A DNA stretch of 64,000 bases from Candidatus Proelusimicrobium volucris. GTDB taxonomy: Bacteria > Elusimicrobiota > Elusimicrobia > Elusimicrobiales > Elusimicrobiaceae. This document shows positions 46,143 through 55,180 of the stretch, piece after piece (position 1 is the stretch's first letter; each line of letters begins with the position of its first letter). The stretch spans positions 352,694 through 416,693 of the forward strand of contig CALUXD010000002.1 in the NCBI GenBank assembly GCA_944324665.1, given 5' to 3'. The notes below the pieces were generated by a model. It was given only the letters and a program-made list of their open reading frames with translations, ran no database searches and was not told where the DNA came from. The translations under genes and the position numbers were made by a program.

Positions 46143-49100
46143 TTATTTGTTTTCAGTGTCTGTTTTGGTAAAGAGTTCCTTTTTTTCTTCCGTTTTATTA
46201 TCGGTTTGGAGTTCTTCCCCTTCTTTTTCGCCGCTGGCGTATACCACTTCCGTAGAGAAGTCAAAAGAAGTCGTATTTTTTGGGGCGGTCTGCGCGGCAT
46301 TTGCCTTCTGTTTTTTGAATATGGACTGCGCTAAAGCCAAAGCACCGCCGCTCAAGGCAACCGGGACAAGCACCGCTACCTGCAAAGAGCCCGTCAAATC
46401 CGATACGAAGCTGAGCAGCGTTCCCGCGGCGGCCGCCGCTACCGAAAAGCTGAATATAAGCAAAGTGGTGTTTGCCGCTTTTTCGCCTCTGCCTTGCAGT
46501 GCCGCGTTAAATAAAGGCGGGAAGAGATTCGCATCGCCAATAAAGAATAAAGCCGCACCCGTAAGCCCCAAAGGCGATATTCCCTCCAAGGCGAAAAGGG
46601 TTAAACCCGATAAAACCAATCCGCCCGATATTTTGTAAGTGGAGGTCGAAGAGAGTATCCCCCTCTTCTGCAGTTCGCCGCATAAAGCCCTGGCAAGGCC
46701 CATGGCAGTATATATCAGTACGCCGCCCAATATATTAGGCATATCAGATAGAGCGCCGTAATGCTCCTGCGCCATGGAAAATACCAATAAAGAAGTTGTC
46801 AGCTCGCCCGCTTCTATCAAAGAGAAAGAGATGGCGGCTTTTCGGGCTTCGGCATCTTTAAAGAACATTTCAACAAGGCCTTTTAGCCCGCCGTCTTCTT
46901 TGGATTCGGGCAAGGGTACGTCTCTGAAGTTCCCCCTGAAGATGCTGGTAAGCGCGATAAGGCTTAACGGCGCGAGAAGTAAAGGAAACGTAATCGCGTT
47001 GTTTACTTCCCCAAAGCCCAAAGATTGCGACGCAAAGTTAAGCAAGGGCCCAAACTCAAGGAACAATATGGTTCCCAAACTTCTGGCCATAGCCGTTTGC
47101 GTGGTAAGGCCGAGCGCTCTTTGCGCGTCGAAATTGACGTCTATCAAAGGATATATCGTCGAGTATTTTATCTCGTTGGAAAGCGATACCAGCGATATGC
47201 CCGCCAGAGAACTTATCAGGCCGGCCGTACTGCCGTCATTGGTAAAGCCGTTAAGGCCGCCCAATACCGTCAGCCCGACGCCGAGGAAAGTGCCGACCGC
47301 GGCCGTCCTCGCCATATTTATTACGCCCCATCTGTTAAAGAAGTATCCCATAAACGGCACCAAACCCGCGGGCAGATAACTTATTAAGCTGATTATCGTG
47401 TTTGTAGTGGAAGTATCCAGCCCGTATACTTGGCTTATCATGGGTGCGGTGGCTGTTACCGTCGTCGCCGCGAGGAAGTTATACAAGAAAGCCGAAGGCT
47501 TTACTATATCGTCCTTCTTCTTTAAGAATGCCGCTATTTTGCCTAACAGGCTTTTGGGTTCTTCTTTAGCTTGAGTGGAATTTTCCGCCGCTTCATTGGC
47601 ACTGTTGCCGACCGATGCGGAAGAGTAAAAATCTCCCAATATTTCCGCTACGGCGGCGGGGCTTTCCCTTAAAAGATGAGGCCTGCCGGGTACTTCATAG
47701 ACCCAAGACGACGGATCTGTTCTGTTTTCTATAAAACCGTAATTGTAATCCTTTGTTATTCTTGCCGTAGGGGCTTGCGTTTGCCCGTATGAACCTGCCA
47801 AGAGTTTGCCATCGGCGTATCCGTATATGTCGCGCGCCAGCATTACGGGCAAAGCTACGCCCGCCGCGGCGTTTTGCAGCCCGGAGGCAAGTTTAGCCGT
47901 CCAATAAGCCGCACCCCGCCCTTGCAGTATATTTCCGCCTATTAATGGAATGCCGTTGTAGAAACTTAATATCTTGGGGTCTACTACGTCTACGGGCCTT
48001 ATATTCTTTATGCTTATGCCCGTTTTGGCCGCGATATCGTAAGCGCTAAGATTAAATACATTGGCCGCTTTAACGCCGCCGCGCGTAAAATTAGCCACCT
48101 GTTCCGTCGCCGCCAGAACTCTGCCTCCGTTTAACATTCCAGGCGTTACGGTGGCTACATTATAATTGAACAGTAAGGTCGTGCCCAGCACGGTGGCTTT
48201 GTTGTTTACTATTCGCAGGGTTTTGCTCGCTAAGCCAAGGTGGTGATTATCAAGCCATTTATATAGATTGTCAATACGGTTGAGCGGAGATATTTTTGGC
48301 GAGTCCGATAAAGTAGGCGCTTTATACTCTCCTTTTATGTTAAAGGCTTCGGCCAAAGTCGTTTCCGTTTTGCCCGAGTGGTTAAATATCAATCCGTTTC
48401 CGCTTTCGCTGTTCCACCAGCGGCCGAGTTTGCTGTTTTTTAGCCAATCTCCAAATCTGTTGGCGCGTGCTGTTTTTAAAGCCTCTGAGCTTTTGGCGTA
48501 CTTTGCCAAATTGGCCTCGTAGCTGCGGTAGCGGGCGATATAATCTGCCGATGCTTTGCTAAGCTGTACCGCTTTAGGGGCTTGAGGTTTTATCGAAAGT
48601 TCGGCTTTAAGCGTTTCAAGTTCTTTTAGAATCTGCTGCGCTTTTGCGTTCTCGCCGCTTGCGGCCAAAGCATTATACTGCGCCGCTTTGGTATTATAAA
48701 GATTTACTTTGGCGTTATAGGACTTAGTGGCGGCGATATATTTTTCATACATGCTTTTGTTTGTTTGATTTACGGTGTTTATCTCTGCCTCTATCGCGGC
48801 CTTTTCCTGAGCGGATATATTGCGCTGTGCTTTTGCTATATCGTGTTCGCTTTTGGCCAATTTATATTCGGCCGTTGCTTTATCGGCTTTGGCTTGGCGG
48901 TATGCGCTTACCTTTTTGCCGCCGCTGCGCCGCGCTCTTAGTTTGCTTATCGCGCTTTTGCGCCCGTCGTAGAGTTTCTTAATTCTAAGATTATCGGCTT
49001 TTATCGCGGCTATGTTTATACCCTCGCCGCGTATCTTTACCGCCTTTAACAAACGGCTTTTTCCAGCCAATTTTATTTTGCTTAAACGGTATGAAGTCTT

Positions 49101-50837
49101 TGCCAAATTTGCCCCGCCGCGGATAAGAGAAGGTATACTCTTGATAAGTGCGGGCGTCAAAACCACCATTAGGGCCATATCCGTCCAATAACCGGCGGAT
49201 TTTATTTTTTGGTTGTCATTGTATCTTGTGGCTTTCTTGTCGTTGAGGGCCTTTTTAGAGAGGCCTTCCCCCCCTTCCGTAAAAGCCAAATTGTTTACGC
49301 GCGTCTGCGTGGCGGCGTTAAGGTCCCACCAGTCGAGATTATTTAGCAGTTTCCTTGCGCTTAAGGACAAGGCGTCTTTTCTGGCTTTGTTCTTTAACAC
49401 TCCGCTTACCAAAGGCGTGTGTATTTTGTTGCCCGTATCTCTCTTTAGCAGCATTAAGAGGAAATTGCCTTGCGCGGCGGCAGTTTTGGCTAAAGCGTAG
49501 CTCCGTGCTTCCTCCCGCACATATTTATTTATGATTTTCCGCGAAAGTGCGGCGGCGTATTTGGATTTGTTTACGCTTATCGAATAACCTATATCTTCAA
49601 GGACATTGCCGTATATATTGCCGTATTTGTTTTGGCCTTTTTGTATAAGATATTGCGTTTTTTCCCCGTATCCGTTAAGATAATTGCCGCCGCCGCCTCT
49701 TATGTATCTGTTAAATACCCCTATGCCTTTTTCTGCGGCGTTTTCTATGCTGAGGAGCTCTAAAACAGCTTTCGCTTTACCCTTTATCCCTTTGTTTTTT
49801 AAAGTTTCACTTAAAAGCAGATGCTCTATTTTGGCCCAAGAGTCTTTATCGTTTATCAGCGATAAGGCTGTTACGCCCGATTCCAAAGCTATGGCGCCGT
49901 AGTCGCCGTCCCAGGCTTCTGAGACGGAATCATATATTATCCTCCCGTTGGCGGCGGGATTTTTGCCCAACAAGGCAAGCAGGACCATAGCCTCGCCGGA
50001 ATTTATGCAGTCGAGCTGTCTTTTTTGCTTACCCTTGGCGCTTTTTTCTTTTAGGCCGCGGCTCTTCCCGCTAAAAGAGTATTCTATGCCGGGCATATAA
50101 TCTACAAGGTAAATGTCATTATCGCAGTATTGCGGCGCTTTTTTGGCTATGGCGCTTATATAGTTTATAAAACGGGCATAATCTTTATCGTTCACTCCGC
50201 CTAATAAAGCCAGATCCCGTACTTTGGCAAATACACCGTTATTGCTTGCGGGCGTATCGCCTTTTTCCAAAATGCCTTTTTGTATTTCTGATTTATAGAA
50301 TTTATCGTTTAGAACGCCGTTTAGCAAACCTTGTATGAAGGCGGGGCACTCGTATGTGTTTTTATTGTATTGGGTTTGTTCTTTCCCGGAACAGGCTTTA
50401 AGGTAATACTTTTCGACGTCGTAACTGCCGTCTGGCGCTTTGCCACGCGCGTAGGCTGAACGCCCTGCTTGATAAGAAGCCGAGTTAAGACGTTGAAGCT
50501 CTTTGTACGCTTGGTAGGCAAATTCTATTTCCGCCGCAAGTTCTTCGGCCGTAAGCTCTATTCCTTTATATTCCTCTTTGATGAGCTTAGAGAGTGCCGC
50601 TATCGTGTCGGCGTCTTGCGCGCGATTGTATGCCCCGTTTAATATGTCGGATATGTCAAACTCGAACGAGTTCTCCTTTTGCCAAGCGGCAAAATCGTAT
50701 CCGGTTTTAACCGGGAGCAGCTGGGCATAACTTCCCGCCGTTAAGTTCAGCAGAATCGCCAAGCTGATAGCTATCGATATAGCTTTGTTTAAGCTCTTGC
50801 TTAAACGTTTTTGTAACCACGATACTCTGTTCTTCAT
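46143..50837 (-). CDS. Giant envelope protein (1,564 aa), divergent family member 3
   Basis: Uninterrupted 4.7-kb ORF with a signal-like N-terminus, a Lys/Ala-rich coiled-coil-like stretch and a C-terminal polytopic domain. It shares blocks with members 1 and 2 in both the N-terminal region and the membrane domain. Confidence 0.8.
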   Translation of the reverse strand: MKNRVSWLQKRLSKSLNKAISIAISLAILLNLTAGSYAQLLPVKTGYDFAAWQKENSFEFDISDILNGAYNRAQDADTIAALSKLIKEEYKGIELTAEELAAEIEFAYQAYKELQRLNSASYQAGRSAYARGKAPDGSYDVEKYYLKACSGKEQTQYNKNTYECPAFIQGLLNGVLNDKFYKSEIQKGILEKGDTPASNNGVFAKVRDLALLGGVNDKDYARFINYISAIAKKAPQYCDNDIYLVDYMPGIEYSFSGKSRGLKEKSAKGKQKRQLDCINSGEAMVLLALLGKNPAANGRIIYDSVSEAWDGDYGAIALESGVTALSLINDKDSWAKIEHLLLSETLKNKGIKGKAKAVLELLSIENAAEKGIGVFNRYIRGGGGNYLNGYGEKTQYLIQKGQNKYGNIYGNVLEDIGYSISVNKSKYAAALSRKIINKYVREEARSYALAKTAAAQGNFLLMLLKRDTGNKIHTPLVSGVLKNKARKDALSLSARKLLNNLDWWDLNAATQTRVNNLAFTEGGEGLSKKALNDKKATRYNDNQKIKSAGYWTDMALMVVLTPALIKSIPSLIRGGANLAKTSYRLSKIKLAGKSRLLKAVKIRGEGINIAAIKADNLRIKKLYDGRKSAISKLRARRSGGKKVSAYRQAKADKATAEYKLAKSEHDIAKAQRNISAQEKAAIEAEINTVNQTNKSMYEKYIAATKSYNAKVNLYNTKAAQYNALAASGENAKAQQILKELETLKAELSIKPQAPKAVQLSKASADYIARYRSYEANLAKYAKSSEALKTARANRFGDWLKNSKLGRWWNSESGNGLIFNHSGKTETTLAEAFNIKGEYKAPTLSDSPKISPLNRIDNLYKWLDNHHLGLASKTLRIVNNKATVLGTTLLFNYNVATVTPGMLNGGRVLAATEQVANFTRGGVKAANVFNLSAYDIAAKTGISIKNIRPVDVVDPKILSFYNGIPLIGGNILQGRGAAYWTAKLASGLQNAAAGVALPVMLARDIYGYADGKLLAGSYGQTQAPTARITKDYNYGFIENRTDPSSWVYEVPGRPHLLRESPAAVAEILGDFYSSASVGNSANEAAENSTQAKEEPKSLLGKIAAFLKKKDDIVKPSAFLYNFLAATTVTATAPMISQVYGLDTSTTNTIISLISYLPAGLVPFMGYFFNRWGVINMARTAAVGTFLGVGLTVLGGLNGFTNDGSTAGLISSLAGISLVSLSNEIKYSTIYPLIDVNFDAQRALGLTTQTAMARSLGTILFLEFGPLLNFASQSLGFGEVNNAITFPLLLAPLSLIALTSIFRGNFRDVPLPESKEDGGLKGLVEMFFKDAEARKAAISFSLIEAGELTTSLLVFSMAQEHYGALSDMPNILGGVLIYTAMGLARALCGELQKRGILSSTSTYKISGGLVLSGLTLFALEGISPLGLTGAALFFIGDANLFPPLFNAALQGRGEKAANTTLLIFSFSVAAAAAGTLLSFVSDLTGSLQVAVLVPVALSGGALALAQSIFKKQKANAAQTAPKNTTSFDFSTEVVYASGEKEGEELQTDNKTEEKKELFTKTDTENK

Positions 50838-51506
50838 TTTATTTACCTTTTAGTTCTTCTTTAATGCTTGCGGAAACCATTAATCTTTACTTTGCCTTTG
50901 TGTCCCCGCGTAAAAAATTGTATTTTTGCGCCGCTATCGCCTAATCATAAAATGAATGAACATCGACATCAGATAATATGTCGCTCTATATATATAAGGA
51001 AAAACGTAAAAATAATTTTTTAAAAATAGTGTTCTCATAAAATAACCTCAAAACAAAAAAATAATAAGATCTGCCGCTTCTTTTATTAAGTCCCGCAGAT
51101 CTTACGTATAATAAATTAAAATTTTGGATTATCTCGTGAGAATCTGCATCATATTCTTCCTAAGGGATAACTTATATCCTAACCTGCACATCAACATGGT
51201 GTAATATAAGCCCTTGGAGAATAGACGCATAATGGAAGTGATATAATTATTAAAGGAATATATGCCGAATAATATAAAAGAATATCCGCCGCAAATAGAT
51301 TTGCGGATATCCGCCTTTTCAAAAGCACTTATTATATTATAGGTAATGCTGTTTGACATAATTATTTCCTTCTCTTCCAATATTATATAAAATTTCGAAA
51401 AGCGAATATAATATTTTTTTAAGAATTGTGCAAATATTTTGCAAATATAGTAAAATTTATCTAGTAAGGACAATCTGTATTACAAAAAAACAGGAGTAAA
51501 AAGTAA

Positions 51507-52052
51507 ATGAAAAAAATAACTGCATTAATGTTTGCTTTCTTGATGCTCGTGACGTTTGCTTCCGCTCAGAAGACAAATGCCGCCGCCGAGAAAGCGACCG
51601 CGTCCGAAACATCAATAACCACCGATGGCCAAAAAGATACCACGGTAGAATATAACGGTATAGTTATTTCTATCCCTAAAGGGGTAAAAGCTACGGTGTC
51701 CAAAGATGCTAAGGGCAATATCATTGTTTCAGGTTCTGATCTCAATGGGGTAAAAATTGACGGAGAAACTGTAAACAGCACCGGTAAAACGACTCTTTCA
51801 ATCAATGCTTCCACCAAAGTGATGACAGTAAAGGAAGGTAATAACGTAACGGTAACCAATGCCAAAGGCCAAACGTATTCCGTAAAAGCCGGGCAAACTA
51901 CCGCCCAAGCTGCCGCGACCGTTACAACGGCTAAGCCGGCCGCGAAAGCGGAAGTCGTTCCCGCTTTCGTATTGCCCAGCACGGAAAGTGCTGCTAACCA
52001 GCAGACCGTGCAGAACGTGGAAGAAACGTTGAGCCCGTCTTCACCGCGTTAA
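51507..52052 (+). CDS. Secreted Thr/Val/Lys-rich hypothetical protein
   Basis: AGGAG SD and signal peptide MKKITALMFAFLMLVTFASAQ. No family recognised. Confidence 0.6.
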   Translation: MKKITALMFAFLMLVTFASAQKTNAAAEKATASETSITTDGQKDTTVEYNGIVISIPKGVKATVSKDAKGNIIVSGSDLNGVKIDGETVNSTGKTTLSINASTKVMTVKEGNNVTVTNAKGQTYSVKAGQTTAQAAATVTTAKPAAKAEVVPAFVLPSTESAANQQTVQNVEETLSPSSPR

Positions 52053-52076
52053 TTATAGGAGACTTTGTAGAAACAT

Positions 52077-53204
52077 ATGAAAAAGTTATTATTATTGGCA
52101 GTATCTTTATTGGTCGTCAACTCGGCCTTTGCGGGTGACGTAAAGTTCCTCGTATCGGAAGATCTCAGCTACGACGACAATATTTACCTTACCGACGGTA
52201 ATGAGAAGGATTCTTTCATAAGCAAGACTCAGGCCGGTGTGACTTATGCCAACCCCATAGCCGGCAGCGGCTTGGAATTAAACGCCACCGCTTTGGGCGG
52301 TTATAACGCCTATACCGAAGACAATGGCAAGAACGGCTTCTGGAATGCTTATGCCAACGTCGACGTTAAAAATGATCTCTTGAAAATCGGGGATTCTTTC
52401 CTCTATACGTCTGATCAGGCCAACTCCGAACTTACCGAAAGAGCTAAAAGATTGAACAACAACTTCTATCTTTCGGCCAAGACTTCCACCGATAAGAAAT
52501 TCGGTTTCGGCGTTGTAGCCAACGATTCCTACGATTACTATATCGATAATCCGTGGAAATATGATTTGACCCGCAACCGCTTAAACGCCGGCGTGCAGGC
52601 TTTCTACAATATTTCCTCCAAGACCAGCGCTTTCGTCGAGTATGTTTACACCAACATCGCTTATAGAGACAACACCAACAATGATTCCGACGGCAGTGCG
52701 GTAGCCCTCGGTGTTGAAGGCAAAATCGCTCAGAAAGTTTCCGGCGTAGCTAAAGTTAACTATGTAATGCGCGATTACAGCCACGATATGGAAGGTTACA
52801 GCAGCTATGAAGACCTCGTCGGTTATTATGTAGCTTTGTCCTGGAACCCGACCGAAAGAAACACCGTTCGCTTGTCCGGTGAAAGAAGATTCGAAGAATC
52901 TGTATATGAAAATAACAGATACTTTACCGATACTTTGGTATCCTTATACGGTTCTCACAAACTCTCCGACAAACTTACCGCCGGTTTGACCTTAGCCTAT
53001 GAAAATATGGCTTATGACCGCGCTAACAATAACGGAGTAAAGAGAAGCGACGACCTCTTCACCGTTCGCCCGGAATTGGATTACCAGTTCCAAGAGTGGC
53101 TTTCCGCCGGTGTATGGTATCAGTTCAGGAACAGAGATTCCAACACCAACGGCAATGATTATGCCAGCAACAAAGGCGGCGTATTCGTAAAAGCCTTGTT
53201 CTAA
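52077..53204 (+). CDS. Outer-membrane beta-barrel protein (BBP2-like putative porin)
   Basis: Signal peptide, an N-terminal LSYDDNIYLT motif, alternating strands and a C-terminal ...FVKALF. Confidence 0.65.
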   Translation: MKKLLLLAVSLLVVNSAFAGDVKFLVSEDLSYDDNIYLTDGNEKDSFISKTQAGVTYANPIAGSGLELNATALGGYNAYTEDNGKNGFWNAYANVDVKNDLLKIGDSFLYTSDQANSELTERAKRLNNNFYLSAKTSTDKKFGFGVVANDSYDYYIDNPWKYDLTRNRLNAGVQAFYNISSKTSAFVEYVYTNIAYRDNTNNDSDGSAVALGVEGKIAQKVSGVAKVNYVMRDYSHDMEGYSSYEDLVGYYVALSWNPTERNTVRLSGERRFEESVYENNRYFTDTLVSLYGSHKLSDKLTAGLTLAYENMAYDRANNNGVKRSDDLFTVRPELDYQFQEWLSAGVWYQFRNRDSNTNGNDYASNKGGVFVKALF

Positions 53205-53220
53205 TTTTAAAATTAGAGAA

Positions 53221-53249
53221 AAAGCCCTCCTTCAGGAGGGCTTTTTTTT
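53221..53249 (+). terminator. Rho-independent terminator
   Basis: Stem aaagccctcc / ggagggcttt with a 4-nt loop and a T8 run. Confidence 0.9.
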
Positions 53250-53494
53250 GTCTCTTATAATTGGGGTTATTTTATTATCTTATCAACTTGTATAAATTGT
53301 TTTAAAGTTTATCCAATTCCTACAAGCCAATAATAAAGTAGAATATAATTAACTTCCTAGTAAAAGCGCAGTATCCATTAGATGAAAATAAAAAATCTCC
53401 CAAAACGTAAATATATTATTTAAAAAGTTAATTCCGAGCATTTCCCCCCCTTTTTGCAAAAAAAGCTGCAAGAGGCATTTTCCCCCGTTGTTAA

Positions 53495-53755
53495 AGAGAA
53501 GTCCAAAAAATCACAGCCGAGGTCGCTTGGCACACCATAGAAGCCAAATATTCCGATACCCTTATTTGGGAAACCGTAACCCCTTATTTTGAGCAAAGAA
53601 ATATTCACTTTTACGTTAATAAATGCGGCTTTCGCATAGAGGAGTTTTTTTACGAGAAGCATAAAGAGAAAAATATCCATAGCGCAAACCAAGTAAGTAA
53701 ACCTGAGATTGGCACTGATGTTTATTTTCGTTTTGAAAAGGATATGAGGAAATGA
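53495..53755 (+). pseudogene. Possible C-terminal remnant of a GNAT-type acetyltransferase
   Basis: Start-less open frame ending ...RNIHFYVNKCGFRIEEFF..., which resembles the N-x-x-A-x-x-FY-x-K-x-GF end of the GNAT fold. C7 and A-runs lie just upstream. Not on the ORF track. Confidence 0.3.
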
Positions 53756-53828
53756 TTTCCTATGCTTGCAAGCAATGTTTCCAATAGAATATATTAAAAT
53801 ATTTACGGAGTATAAAACGTAAGCAAAA

Positions 53829-53860
53829 CAAAAAATACCCCCGAATATTCGGGGGTATTT
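53829..53860 (-). terminator. Rho-independent terminator of the 53876-56581 operon
   Basis: Stem aaataccccc / gggggtattt around the loop gaatattc, with a T-run on the minus strand. Confidence 0.8.
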
Positions 53861-53875
53861 AGCAAATATACAGCC

Positions 53876-55168
53876 TTATTTATGGGGCCAAATTACTCCG
53901 TTTACCGATCTGGGGTGATTGAGTCTCACCTTGCCGGATTCAGCGTCCATATTCTGTATCGCTTTTAAGGCTTTTAATAGTTCGGGCGTTCTTTTTATAA
54001 GTCTGCCCGTTCCAACGTCTACGATATTGCTGTTGTTTTGATAGTGTTTGCCGTTTTCATCAATAATCGGCCTGGTAAAGACATTTTCATCAAATTCCAC
54101 TTGTTGGGCATCGCTGAAAAGATTGATTATATCCAACAGTGCCATATCGTATTTAATCGGATCGGAGGAATATTGTAATTCCGTTCTTATAACTATCAAA
54201 CCGTGTAGACGAATGATGGATTCCTCTTTGGCTATATTATCCAACCAACGGGTGGAACGGGTAATATTGGGAAGCTGAGGTTTTTCACAAGATTGCGGCT
54301 GAGGAAGCTCCACGATATTTTCGTTCGCGATGGAGGCTTTGGCGGCACTCCCGGTTAAATCTTGAGCGTATTGGCTATTGGTTAAATAGTTGTATTTTAC
54401 CAAGCGCTGGGTGAGATCTTCGTAGAGATTATCCACTATTTCAGAACCTAAAAAAGTCATCATCTCAAGCATAATTACGGCGGCCAAACCTTTTGTTATG
54501 CTGGCGGAGGCTAGAGTCATTGAAGTAACCGCGGCGGAAGAGCCAAACCAAGTAGCCACCAATGCCCCTTCTGCGCCGAGCGTCGCCCCTGCCGTATATA
54601 CCGCCGCTACCGTAAGCAAGCCCAAAACTATTCCTTGCAGACAGGCAGAACCGTATTCTTTTACTTTCGCTTTCTTTAACTCTTTTTGGTAGCGAGGATT
54701 CTTCTTCAGCAGTTCAGATATTACTTTAGTTTCTCTGCTCATGGCGTTCATTACTTCATACGGGGTATAATTTGCAAACTCGCTGTCATGATAATCTTTG
54801 ATCGCCGCTTGATATTTATTCCATGCGGGTTTAATGTAATACACATCGTGAAAGCCCGAAAGATTACCGTTGGGATTAAGTTTTTTATATAAGGATATTG
54901 CCTCAAAATAGTTTAACCCTTGATAAGGATGAAGGAAATTTAAGGGACTAGGGCTTTTTGCTTTTTGAGGTGGCGCCATAAGGACATTTCCCGTATTGCC
55001 AAAAGACGGAGCGGTAAAGCCCGAATTAAACCCGCCAAAAGAATATACGCCCGTCTGATTGTAGGAAGGAACCTCCTTTTTACGAGGTATAGGCTGCGCG
55101 TTTAAGGGTATTGACCCTCCGATTAAAGTAAGACAAAGCATTATAGAAACCGTTTTTTTGTATATCAT
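53876..55168 (-). CDS. Exported hypothetical protein with a central small-residue-rich hydrophobic block
   Basis: GGAGG SD and a signal peptide. Internal segment ACLQGIVLGLLTVAAVYTAGATLGAEGALVATWFGSSAAVTSMTLASASI. Confidence 0.65.
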   Translation of the reverse strand: MIYKKTVSIMLCLTLIGGSIPLNAQPIPRKKEVPSYNQTGVYSFGGFNSGFTAPSFGNTGNVLMAPPQKAKSPSPLNFLHPYQGLNYFEAISLYKKLNPNGNLSGFHDVYYIKPAWNKYQAAIKDYHDSEFANYTPYEVMNAMSRETKVISELLKKNPRYQKELKKAKVKEYGSACLQGIVLGLLTVAAVYTAGATLGAEGALVATWFGSSAAVTSMTLASASITKGLAAVIMLEMMTFLGSEIVDNLYEDLTQRLVKYNYLTNSQYAQDLTGSAAKASIANENIVELPQPQSCEKPQLPNITRSTRWLDNIAKEESIIRLHGLIVIRTELQYSSDPIKYDMALLDIINLFSDAQQVEFDENVFTRPIIDENGKHYQNNSNIVDVGTGRLIKRTPELLKALKAIQNMDAESGKVRLNHPRSVNGVIWPHK

Positions 55169-55180
55169 AATTTCCTCCCG

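Noticed and set aside
46147-47387. Several 120-201-aa plus-strand ORFs inside giant gene 3, with analogous minus-strand ORFs inside giant genes 1 and 2 (e.g. 14239-14721, 15820-16215, 20597-20947)
   Set aside because: They are nested antisense within long uninterrupted ORFs that are conserved as paralogues. They have low-complexity Ser/Ala/Pro/Lys composition.
51129-51473. 114-aa minus-strand ORF in the AT-rich spacer
   Set aside because: It has very AT-rich, Ile/Phe/Tyr/Lys-biased sequence and no homology that I recognise. Only a shorter 76-codon version has an SD-like GAAGGAAA. That is not enough support to call a gene.
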